A stretch of 64,000 bases of DNA from Felis catus (taxonomy: Eukaryota): contig NC_058368.1 in the NCBI RefSeq assembly GCF_018350175.1, forward strand, positions 202,990,001 to 203,054,000, read 5' to 3'. The notes below the pieces were generated by a model, which was given only the letters and a program-made list of their open reading frames with translations, made no database searches and was not told the DNA's origin. Both the position numbers and the translations under genes were made by a program. Each line of letters begins with the position of its first letter. Within the stretch, counting starts at the first letter, position 1. Shown one piece after another: positions 51,410-62,289 of the stretch.

Positions 51410-52455
51410 ATTCTTCATTCATTTATTCAACAGACATTACTAACTACTGTAGAGCTGAGATACAGAAATGAAAAATAACAAAAGCCTAAAAATCTTAACA
51501 CTTTATGGGGAGCTTATTTTCTACTGGTAGAAACACACACTAAGCAAGTAAGTAATATAAAAAAAAACACAGCAATTTCACATACTGACAAGTGCTGTAA
51601 AAGAAAGTAAGTAGGTTAAAAGGTAGAACATGACAAAGGACAAGGACAGTGCACTTGAAGGAGAAATCTACTTGAAAATCTAGAGAACATACCCAGGCAG
51701 ATGGAAGAGGAGGTGTGTAAAATTTTAAAAGTTAAAAAGGATAATTTTGGCATTAAAAATGTTTTTAATGTTTATTAATTTTTTGAGAGAGAGAAAGAGA
51801 AAGCGCAAGCAGGGGAGGGGCAGAGCGAGAGGGAGACAGAATCTGAAGCAGGCTCTAAGCACTGAGCTATCAGCACAGAGCCCGACGAGGGGCTAGAACT
51901 CATGAACTGCGAGATCATGACCTGAGCTGAAGTTAGACGCTTAACTGACTGAGCCACCCAGGCATCCAGATAATTTTGTTTTTTTTTAAGACATGCCACA
52001 AATGCCTAAGTCTGAAGCAGAATGAACTGGATTGGGAGAGCATGAAGTGAATAAGAAAAGGGGTCAAATCAAGCATACCTTTTTAAGCCACAGTAGGAAT
52101 GCTATATTTTATTATGAGTGTGCTAAGAAACCATGGAGGGATTTTGCACCAGAGAGAGAGAGAGATGATTTGATTTGCAAAGGATCACTGGTTGCTGTCT
52201 GGAGAATAGACTGTGAGGGGTTAAGAATAGAATCTGAGAGACCAGCTGGGCGGCGATTGCTATAAATCATGTGACAGATGATGGTGGCCTGGTTGCTCGG
52301 AATAGAGTGATAGAGTGGAAGTGGAAAGGGGGAATTTAATTCAGGATAGATTCTGAAAGCAGGAGTGACAGGGTTTGCTGATGGGTTGAATTCAGGGTAT
52401 GAGGGAAGGGAAAGAGAGGAATGATGATGACCCCTAGGCTTTTGGCCTCAGAAAC
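51410..52455 (-). mobile_element. L2 (~0.8 kb) interrupted by a SINE
   Basis: TTCATTCATTTATTCAAC tail; GGATCACTGGTTGCTGTCTGGAGAATAGACTG...GATGATGGTGGCCTGG. Confidence 0.85.
51752..51967 (-). mobile_element. Can-SINE
   Basis: Antisense SINE; TSD GATAATTTTG at 51740-51749 and 51969-51978. Confidence 0.95.
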
Positions 52456-53723
52456 AGAGCGGAAGAAGCAGCAGAAACAATAACCTGGATTGTGAACACC
52501 TGAACTTGGCCTATAGCTCTCAGTCCATTCCCTGGGCAAAATTTTCAACTGGTATAAATATAATCCTGCAGAGAAAAGAGTTTCTGAAATGATCACAGAA
52601 AGGGAACTATTTGGGAATTTCAGATAAATTCCAAAGATTGTTGAAAATGCTAATTCTGGTAAACAGGCCTTAGAAGTACTGTTTTCAGAAATTCTGGTTA
52701 TGCTCTTTTCCAATTGTTTATATTCATTTAGCATTGTTGGTTTGACTGATGGTGATTCTTTTTGAATAGTTATTGTGTGATGATTATTTTTCACTGACTT
52801 ATTTGGTAGCATGTCCACACTTTGATTAAATTCCCACTAGTTTTTCTACAAATATGTTCTTTTAACTTAAAGGATCCCAATAGGCTGGTTATTTATAAGC
52901 ATTCTACTTTGTAGGAGCCTCTGAGCATTTTAACTAGAATATCTACCTGAAAAGAAATTTAAGTGTTAAGAAAGAAACAGTAATGTATGTGAGAGAAGTC
53001 AATTATTGTAATCCCTAGAAACCCAATGATAAGAAAATGCCAAGATTTCTGACATATACCAAGCTCTGAATATTTTCCATTATCTTTAGATTTATTTATA
53101 ATATTCTACATCTAGAAACTTCATTTCAAATGCTTCCTGATGAACAATACAGCTGTACCTTCCCATATGTGAAGTCAGTGGTTTGTCCACTCGATTACTA
53201 AAAAGCAAATCATCATAATTACCTAAAGTTAATGTTAACTACACATTTTAGACCAACATGAAAATAATGCATTCTCTGGGGTTATTCAATTGCTTTGCCC
53301 ATCAATTCTTAACTCTGCTCTTTCTATGGCTAATTTAACAAATAAATAACATTCAGCAAGTGAGTTAGAAAAACCAAGTAGTCTTCCTTCTATTTTTGCT
53401 TTCCACTACTTTACCACACTTAAAACACTTCTGACACCAGATGCTTCAGGCTTTTCCTCACCAAAAATCCTGTGACACCAGCTGCCTGTCATAATTTAAC
53501 TCAATTCTGACACGATCTACCAGCATATAGAACCAGATTCCACAGGTTAAGGGCTCAGTCCCATGAGACTTCTCCCCACTTTCAGATGTCAATTGCTAAG
53601 CACTAGGTCCCCAGGTTACCCATAACTTCTGCCTGACTTGGCTACAAATTGGAGGTTCCTGTGACCTTCTTCTCAGGTTTTATTAATTTGCTACAGCAGC
53701 TCACGGAACTCTGGGAAACGCGT

Positions 53724-54350
53724 TATTGAAACTGTGCCCCATAGGGCTAAAGAAGTTGAAACTAGCAGAAAGTTTAAAGCTTATTTTTCAAAGAACTGTT
53801 TCCCCCAGTCAGCTATTGTGTCTTTTCAGACCCCACTCACAAACTTACTAGCTGCCTCTGCAGAAGCCTGGACTTAAAATCAACTGATATAGTTTCAGCC
53901 TATGAATAATCAAGGACCTGCATTCCTTTCCCAAGGTAATGAACTCAAGACCTCATTTAGTTATACAGGCTCTTGAAACATGCACATAGCCCCTTCCCCT
54001 TGTCCTAAGATAACCTCCGGTATCAGTGCTGAATTTTGCCTCCTTCTGATATTGTCTCCACCCCAAAGTGAAGAAGGGATGTATGTTACATGCATGCTTG
54101 CTCAATGCACTTGCTCCATCTTTCCTCATGAGTAGTCATAGGTTTCCCTGCCCTTTTCATCTATATGTATGTAATCTCAACCCCTATCATTATAAAAATC
54201 TTGTTCTCTCTCCCTTCAGGGAGGCAGATTTGAGGCTTGTCCCAGTCTCCTTTTTGGCTGCCTCTTGAATAAACTGTCCTTATAGCAAACCTGATGTCTC
54301 AGTTATTGGCTTTGCTGCATATTGAGCAGATGGACATGGGTTCAGTTACA
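53724..54350 (+). mobile_element. ERV1-type solo LTR nested in MER21
   Basis: TATAAAA at 54191, GGGAGGCAGATTTGAG, AATAAA at 54268, end TTCAGTTACA; MER21 resumes collinearly. Confidence 0.8.
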
Positions 54351-54589
54351 GTACCAGTTTATTAAAGAATATGATAAGAGTTACAGACGAACAGCCAGAT
54401 GAAAAATATGTAGGGCAAAGTCTGGGAGATTCCCAAGTGCAGGCAGTACTATCCCCATGGAGATGGGGTATGTCCCCCTTCCACTATGTGACTGTGTTCA
54501 CCAACCAGAAGTTCTCTGAACCCCCATAATAATGGGATTCTTATGGAGGCTTCATGACGTAGATATGATCAATGATTAACTCAATTTTC

Positions 54590-54789
54590 TTTTTTTATAA
54601 CTTTTTTTTTTTGAAAGAGAGAGAGAAAGTGTGAGTCATGGAGGGGCAGACAGACAGGGAGAGGAGAGAATCCCAAGCAGGCTCTACAGTGTCAGCACAG
54701 AGACCCACACAGAGCTCAAACTTGTGAACAGTGAGATCATGACCTGAGCTGAAGTCTGACGCTTAACTGACTGAGCCACCCAGGAGCCC
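54590..54789 (-). mobile_element. Can-SINE nested in MER21
   Basis: Perfect 17-bp TSD TGATTAACTCAATTTTC at 54573-54589 and 54790-54806. Confidence 0.96.
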
Positions 54790-55304
54790 TGATTAACTCA
54801 ATTTTCAATCCCTCTTCCTTCTCTAAAGACCGGAGAATGGGGCTGAAGTTTCCAAGCTCCTAATCATAGCTTGGTCTTTCTGATGACCAGCCCCCATCCA
54901 GAAGCCCACCAAGGGTCACCTCATTAGAACAAAAGACACTAATATCATCCAGAAAGTTCCAAGGATCCCTGTGTTAGAAACCAGGGTCAAAGACCAATAG
55001 TAGAACAAAAAATGTTCCTAGTGCTCTTCTCACTTACGAAATTATAAGGGTTTTAGGAGCTCTGTGCCAGGATCTGGAGGCAGGGAATAATATGTGTATC
55101 CTCTATTATTTCACAACAAGCATCTATACACATTGTATAGGCAGACTTGAATCCTACTAAATATTTAATTACTGATCTATAATTTCTTGCTAATAATTTT
55201 AGGGCAGGTACTGTACAACTATCTAGTTACACTTAATATAAGAAATAGTAAGTACCCTTTAATCATTTCATTTTCAGAGTCTAAAACTTAAGGAAAAAGG
55301 AAGA

Positions 55305-55530
55305 GAATCAACATATTTGAATATCTGCTATGTCCCCTTAGTTTGTACATAACACCCACTTTAACCCTCACAACAGCCCTGTAACAGATATTTTAATATT
55401 CACCTTTTCTAACTTAAAAAATGGGCACGGAGGTTGAGTAATTTTTCTGAAGTCACACAACTTGTAAAAGGTAGAACTGTAATCAGCGAACAGTTTTATC
55501 TGTGTGCCAGCCAATGCTATTTCTACTATT
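55305..55530 (-). mobile_element. MIR
   Basis: TTTAACCCTCACAACAGCCCTG...GAGGTTGAGTAATTT...AAGTCACACAAC. Confidence 0.75.
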
Positions 55531-55698
55531 ACGTTCTAATCTATTCCACTAAAGAAGAAACAGGATTTCATCTATCTGTGAATAATTTAGATGTGGCTGT
55601 TGCCCATATGCAACCTTTGTTCTCACCCCATACTCATTTTATAGCAGGATTCAGCCTTTGTCTAGTACAAAGTCAGTTCTGACTCCGTGATATTGGAG

Positions 55699-56250
55699 TG
55701 TGTGGTTAATGGTTTACATCAATTTAGCTAGGCCGTGGTGCACAATTGTGTAGTCAAACACCAGGCTCAATGCTGCCATAGTGATATTTTAGATGTGATT
55801 AAAATTTTAAACCTTAAAGTAGGCTTCAAGTAAAGCAAACTACCCTCCATAATGTGAGTGGGCCTCATCCAATCAGCTAAAGGCCTGAAGAACAAAGATT
55901 GAGGTTTCTCAAAGAAGGAATTTGGCTTTAAGACTTCAACAGAGAGACCCTGCCCAAGTTTCTAGTCTGCCTAGCCTGCAGACTTTGTTCTAAAAACTAC
56001 AACATCAACTCTTACCTGAACTTTCTTCTTGTCAATTTACCACATGGATTTTGGACTTACCAGCCCCTATTCCCATTTTTAAAATTAAGTTTTAAAAATA
56101 AACCAGTATCTCAATCTCTCTCTCATTCTCTCTACCTCTCTCTCCCCATGCCTCTGTCTCTCTCTTTTTCTCTTGTGTGTGTATGTGTGTGTGTGCATGT
56201 GTGTGTGTGTCTTATTGGTTCACTTTATATGGAGAACCCTGCCTAATATA
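55699..56250 (+). mobile_element. MLT2-type (ERVL) LTR
   Basis: TGTGTGGTTAAT...CCCTCCATAATGTGAGTGGGCCTCATCCAATCAG...TATTGGTTC...GGAGAACCCTGCCTAATATA. Confidence 0.88.
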
Positions 56251-57350
56251 GATATTGGTACCAGGAAAAGGCTACATTGCCTTGAAGACACTGTTGTTAG
56301 GAATATGAATGTTAATGATGCTTCTGATGAGGTATCAGATGGACATAGATGATGTTATTGGAAACTGGCAGAAAGATGGATCCTGGTTATAAAGTGGCAG
56401 AGACCTTGCCTGAATTGTGCTCTACTGTTCTGTGGAAAGTAAAACTTGTAAGTGGTGTACTTTGATATTTAGAGATTTATAAGCAAAGTGTTGAAGGTAT
56501 GGCCTGGTTTCTTCTTGGGGCTTATAATAAAATGTGAGAGGAGGTAGATAATTGAAGAAGGAATTGTTAAGTGAAAAGAAGCCAGAACTTAAAGATTTGA
56601 AAATTTCTCAGCCTATCTATATTGCAGAAAAAGAGAAAGCATGCTCTGGAGAGAACACCGAATATATGGCTGGAAATGCTTTCCTAAACAGATTAGGTGT
56701 GTGATTTGTGGATCCAGTTAATAATCTTAACAGAAATGCTGGCAATATGGACCAAAGACGAAAGAAAGCAGATACAGTAAAGGAAGGCTCTCAGACTCCT
56801 GGGATGCTCCAGACAGGAAATGGGCTAATATATTGATCTGACTGTGAACATGTGTTATCTTTCAAGAAAGGGAAGAATGACCCCCAAGGGCAGGGCCCAA
56901 TCATCAGTTCTACCAGTGGGGCCATGACCCCAGTGGGCCTCCAGGACACAGATTCAGACCAACAAGGAGTATTCCCATGCCTTAAAATCTAATAGAGTTT
57001 GCCCTTCTAGGTTTCAGATTTGCTTGGGAAACATGACCTTTTTTTTTTTCCTTTAAAATTTTCCCTTTCAGAATGGGAATGTGCATACTATTCCTGTCGC
57101 ACCATTGCATTTTGGAAGAAGATAACTTGTCTGGGATCACAAGTTCACAGAAATAAATTTTCCCCCAGAATGAATTTTACTCCAATTCATTTCAATTATG
57201 AGATTTGGAACGTTGAGTTGAAAAGTTTCAGATGATATTTTGGATGGAGAGTTAATGCTGGAATGATTAAGACTTTTGAAGATGTTGAGATAAGGTGAAT
57301 GTATTTTGCACATAGGAAGTTCCTGATTTTCGAGGAGGTTAGAGGGCAGA
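56251..57350 (+). mobile_element. MaLR-type internal sequence (MLT1-int/MST-int-like)
   Basis: Starts GATATTGGTACCAGG; contains TTATTGGAAACTGG...TTATAAAGTGGCAGAGACCTTGCCTGAATTGTG; ends in purine-rich GAGGAGGTTAGAGGGCAGA. Confidence 0.8.
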
Positions 57351-57465
57351 TGTACTCCCCAAAAGGTGTGTTGGATATACTAACCTTTAGTACTTTGGAA
57401 TGTTACCTTATTTGGAGACAGGGTCTTCATAGAGGTAATCAGGTTAAAACAAGGTCACAGTAGTA
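57351..57465 (+). mobile_element. 5' part of an MLT1A/B/C-type LTR
   Basis: GAATGTTACCTTATTTGGAGACAGGGTCTTCATAGAGGTAATCAGGTTAAAA. Confidence 0.8.
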
Positions 57466-57850
57466 ATACTTCCTCTTTTCTATGTACAGTGCTTCTAATC
57501 CACATCAGAGCTATGTATAACTTAATCCTGAGGGCATGTATCATACACTGGAAGTTACCTTCACTGAAGTTCAAATGTAACAAATATTTGTAAACCTCAT
57601 ACTATGTGAAATGTTCTGTCAATATTATAAAACAACTAACTAGACATGATCTCAGAGAGCTCAAATGGAGGAAGTAGATGACTATAATTAAATAGTTGTA
57701 GGTTCTCCCCAATTTCCACACCAATCCCAAGATGGTTTTATTTCAAAAACCAATCTCAATGTAATTATATCCCAAAAAGTCTTTCAAGTACTTATTCAAA
57801 GTTAAATTGAGGATTACATGGAGGGAACAGAACAAAAATATCACACTGGC

Positions 57851-57981
57851 GAAGAAGAAGAAGAAGAAGAAGAAGAAGAAGAAGAAGAAGGAGGAGGAGG
57901 AGGAGGAGGAGGAGGAGGAGGAGGAGGAGGAGGAGGAGGAGGAGGAGGAGGAGGAGGAGGAGGAGGAGGAAGAGAAGAAAG
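57851..57981 (+). repeat. (GAA)13(GGA)27 compound trinucleotide repeat; 131-nt pure purine tract
   Basis: Read directly. Confidence 0.97.
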
Positions 57982-58025
57982 TCTCTGTGAGAATAATAAA
58001 TTGAAGATGTTAATAAATATAGATT

Positions 58026-58216
58026 AAAAATTTTCTAATGTTTATTTTTGATAGAGAGACAGAGTGTGAACGGGAGAGGGGTGGAGAGAGAAGGAGACAC
58101 AGAATCTGAAGCAACCTCCAGGCTCTGAGCTGTGGGCACAGAAAAACTCACAAACTATAAGATCATGACCTGAGCTGAAGTTGGACACTTAACCGACTGA
58201 GCCACCCGGGTGCCCC
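58026..58216 (-). mobile_element. Can-SINE with internal deletion
   Basis: Antisense SINE lacking GCCCGACGCGGGGCTC at ~58142; TSD AATATAGATT. Confidence 0.94.
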
Positions 58217-58274
58217 TGAATATAGATTCTAGCATGTGGATATTATTAAGCACTAACTTAAAAAGGAAACCAGA

Positions 58275-58474
58275 GGGGCACCTTGGTGGCTCAGTTGGTT
58301 AAGCAGTTGACTTCTGCTCAGGTGATCTCACAGTTTGTGAGTTTGAGCCCCATGTTGGGCTCTGTGCTGACAGCTCAGAGCCCGGAACCTGCTCCAGGTT
58401 CTGTGTCTCCCTCTCTCTCTGCCCCTCCCCTGCTTGCACTCTCTCTCAAAAATAAACATTAAAAAAATTTTTTT
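58275..58474 (+). mobile_element. Can-SINE
   Basis: Sense SINE GGGGCACCTTGGTGGCTCAG...AAAAATAAAC. Confidence 0.95.
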
Positions 58475-58902
58475 GAAGAAAAGAGGGAAAGTCTCCAATC
58501 AATAATTCAAGTTCCCATTATGAAACCTAGAAAAATAAATGCACACCTAAACCCTCAGCAAGAAAAAGAAAAGAAAAAATAAAGATATAAACAAGAAATC
58601 AGTGAAATTAAAAACAGAAAAATAACAGGAAAAAACAATAAAAAAAACTAGTTCTTTGAGAGAATAACAACACTGACACATCTCCAGCAAGACCACTGAA
58701 ATAAAAAAAACACAAATCACCAATATCAGGAATGAGGCAGGGAATATCACTACAGGCCCTTGCAGGCATCAAAAGAATAATCATATAAAGAATAATCATA
58801 GGGTGCTAGGAATAACTCTACACACGTATATTTGACAACATGGATGAAATGGACTACTTCCCCAAAAATTAAACTACCACAATTCATGAAATATGAAATA
58901 TC
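58475..58902 (+). mobile_element. Old L1 ORF2 fragment
   Basis: CAAATCACCAATATCAGGAATGAG...ATTTGACAACATGGATGAAATGGAC. Confidence 0.88.
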
Positions 58903-58903
58903 A

Positions 58904-59160
58904 GGGGCACCTGGGTGGCTCAGTTGGTTAAGCATCCAGCTTTGGCTCAGGTCATGATGCCACAGTTCATGGTTAGAGACCTGGATTCTGTGTCTCTCTC
59001 TTGCTCTGCCCCTTGCCAACTCATGCTCTGTCTCTCACTCTCTTTCAAAAATAAATAAGCATTAAAAAAAAAGAAAGAAAAGAAAAGAAAAAAGAAAAGA
59101 AAAGAAAAGAAAAGAAAAGAAAAGAAAAGAAAAGAAAAGAAAAGAAAAGAAACGAAACGA
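58904..59160 (+). mobile_element. Can-SINE with internal deletion and (GAAAA)n tail
   Basis: Sense SINE missing the central segment at ~58970; pentanucleotide tail at ~59071-59150. Confidence 0.94.
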
Positions 59161-59583
59161 AACCCAGAGGCCCTAATGGTGTCATTTGGGCCAGGCCAAC
59201 TCACCAAACTGGGGCTTAATATCTAATCTAATCACAATTTCAACCTACCCCAGAAACATCTTAACCTGTCAATCAGGAATTTTGTGATAAACACCAAGGA
59301 GGCAATCTGTCACAGTGGCTCATCCAATACCCGAAGGAAGATGAGGTAATCATCTAATAAGACCCCCTGCCTTCCTACCTAAAGGAAGGTGACTCTGGAA
59401 CAATACTTTCTTTTCTTTTGTTAATAACTTTCTTGCCACACCCTCCTTCTTGTAATAACTTTCCATTTTCACAACTCCATGGAGCTCGCCTCTACTTGCT
59501 ACATGCGATGCTGCCTGATTCATGAATCCATTAATAAAGCCAAGTAGATCTTCAAATTTACTCGGTTGAATTTTTTTTTAACA
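59161..59583 (+). mobile_element. ERV1-type solo LTR
   Basis: GATTCATGAATC, AATAAA at ~59533, terminal TTTTTAACA. Confidence 0.7.
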
Positions 59584-59723
59584 GGTGCTACTACTTAATT
59601 CACTAAGGAATGGAAATAAGAAGTATTGGCAACATCCTAAAAAATAAACGTGTCAAGTTCTGCATAGCTCTACCAGTTATCACCTACATGATCAACACTC
59701 TCATTTAAATGCTGCAGATTACT

Positions 59724-59940
59724 GGGGCGCCTGGGTGGCTCAGTCGGTTGGATGTCCGACTTCAGCTCCGGTCACGATCTCGCGGTCCGTGAGTTCGAGG
59801 CTCTGGGCTGATGGCTCAGAGCCTGGAGCCTGCTTCCCATTCTGTGTCTCCCTCTTTCTCTGCCCCTCCCCCGTTCATGCTCTGTCTCTGTCTCAAAAAT
59901 AAATAAATCGTTAAAAAAATTAAAAAAAAAAGAACAAGAA
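59724..59940 (+). mobile_element. Young Can-SINE with ~11-nt internal deletion
   Basis: Perfect 18-bp TSD TAAATGCTGCAGATTACT at 59706-59723 and 59941-59958. Confidence 0.97.
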
Positions 59941-60269
59941 TAAATGCTGCAGATTACTTCTAAAAGCAACGGAAAAGTGACGTGTCTTTAAATCAACAAC
60001 TGGAGTGTCAGGTCTAGCAATCTGTAAAACTAGATTATACTGTTGTTATATAAAACAACATAAATACTGTTGGAGAGGTTTTTATTTCCATTACAAATTC
60101 TAGAAGAGTTGATCACTCTGAGTTGGATGTGCTAGGCTCATGACCATCTGGTTCTCAGGACAGCCCATATATAGGTACTCTAGTATGCATTTTTCACAGT
60201 TAGAAAGATACACAAATCTGATCCCTATGTAAGAAAATTGCATGGCTTTTTGGTAGGTCGGAGTTGTAA

Positions 60270-60880
60270 TATACAACACTAAAAGTATGTTCCATAAGAA
60301 AAAAAGTTGATAAACTAGACTTAATCAGAGTTTAAAAAGTTTTGCTCTGCCAAAGGGGCTGTGAAAAGATTGAAAAGATAAGCCACAGACTGGGGAGAAA
60401 TCTGTGCAAAAAACACATTTGCTGTGAGAATTGTACCCTGAATTTATAAAGACTTCTTAAAATTCACTAATAATGAAATGAATGATTCCATAAAAAAATG
60501 GGCAAGAGATCTGAACAGACACTTCACCAAAGAAAATATATGAATGGCAAGTAAGGATGTGAAAAAAAATACTACACATCATTTGCCAATAGGGAAATGC
60601 AAACGGAAACCACATTGAAATGCCACTGTACATCTATTAGAATTGCAAAAATCAAGCTGACAATATCAAACCCTGGCAAGGGAATGGAAAAATAGGAAGT
60701 CTTATTCATTGCTGGTGTGAATGCAAAATGGTAAGCTACTTGGGAAGTGTTCAGCAGTTCCTTATAAAGCAAAAATGTAGTAATCCTACTTCTGGGTGTC
60801 TACCTAAGTAAAGTTTTCACACAAAAATTCATACACAAGAAGCTTATAGTTGCTTCATAATCTCCCCAGACTGGACACGA
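60270..60880 (+). mobile_element. Old L1 ORF2 3' fragment
   Basis: AAAATGGGCAAGAGATCTGAACAGACACTTCACCAAAGAA...CATTGCTGGTGTGAATGCAAAATGGTA. Confidence 0.9.
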
Positions 60881-61052
60881 GTGTTTTCATTTCTTGTCCA
60901 TTGACCTTTCCACTATATAAGTACATGATTTTACTATTCCCAGACAAGTAAACAGTAAGGCTTGATTAAGACCTAACAGTAAGATGTTAATGTCCACAGT
61001 AGTATAGATTAAAAACTTGTGCACAGAAATATGTTTCATTAAAACTTATGCC

Positions 61053-61273
61053 GGGGCACCTGGGTGGCTCAGTCCGTTAAGCTACCGATTTTGGCTTCGG
61101 TCATGATCTCACGGTTTACAAGTTCAAGTCCCACGTCAAGTTCTGTTCTGGCAGCTCAGAGTCTGGAGCCTGCTTTGGATTCTGTGTCTCCCTCTCTCTG
61201 CCCCTCCCCTGCTCATGCTCTGTCTCTCTCTCTCAAAAATAAATGTAAAAAAAATTTTTTTTCATAAAAAGAA
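61053..61273 (+). mobile_element. Can-SINE
   Basis: Sense SINE; TSD AAAA(C/T)TTATGCC. Confidence 0.96.
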
Positions 61274-62289
61274 AAAATTTATGCCAGCAGTTAAAATTAA
61301 AATAATAATCTGGAATCATCTGATATTCCCATTAGATTTCTGATCATTTTGAAGATTGCTATAAAGCCCAATCTGATGATAACCCACTAATATTCTAATG
61401 CTTTCTTGGTTTTACAGCAGTTCAGAGGCAGTTCCTCCGCTTGGGAAAAATATTCCCTGATGCATTCCAAGGTTACTGGCAGGGAAAATTATGTGAAAGT
61501 CTTGTATGTAACAGAGCCTTGGTAAATATCAGTTTTTCTCTAATTTCACTTAGGTTCAAAAGCAACATATTTTACACTCTATCCTCTTTGTTTCTGGGCT
61601 TTGCTTCATTCAGTCAGGCCATCTTTCAAGTCAGGGTAGAATGTGGGGTACAAATGGAAGCAAGGTTAGATGGCAAAAATATTAATTAGGCTGACACTTC
61701 CTCATACTACAAATTCATTAAAAAGTTTTTTTGAATTATTTTTTCTTTCAAATTTTAATGACAAAAATATAAAAAAAGGTATTCTCTAAAAACTTCCAAA
61801 AATGAATGAATTTCTTGTTGAAAGTAACACATTCCCCTTACTTCTAACAACTTCAAGCATGCCACTTTTAAGATGAGCTGACAATGCAGAAGTAGCATTC
61901 TCTTCATTTGAAGAAAAACAAAAGCAAAACACAACTTTTGTACCCTCAACACAAGTAAATAAAGATTATATGTTTACAAAGCAAGAAAAATAAACATCAG
62001 AATTATCTATCTGCAAACATTACTAATGCTTGCTTAGTTGTCTGTATCACCTACCTGATCTCGTGGCATTTGCTTAATTCTTCTCATTGCCAAGAATCAC
62101 CTCCCAGCACTTATCACATGATAGAATAGACACAAGTTCTGCAGAGCAAGCTATGGTCTAACATTTTATCTTGAACAGGTTAAGGGTAAAAGGGGAAACC
62201 AAGAGACAGGTTTTCAAACCCCCTTCAGATCTTCTGCTTGGTCTGCATTGGAATGGAAGGCTAGGTCATATACAAAGCAGATGTTCCGC

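Larger units (their letters stand above)
53361..55115 (-). mobile_element. MER21-like LTR interrupted by a second LTR and a SINE
   Basis: ACACTTCTGACACCA, CAATTCTGACAC, GGTTAAGGGCTCAGTCCC and CACCTCATTAGAACAAAAGAC motifs; TG...CA ends; GCAAG/ACAAG flanks. Confidence 0.85.

Noticed and set aside
52336..52818. 160-aa - strand ORF, the longest non-L1 ORF
   Set aside because: Partly overlaps an L2 remnant, has no recognisable domain and no promoter or splice context
57807..58027. Poly-K/E and poly-E/G ORFs
   Set aside because: Translations of the GAA/GGA microsatellite
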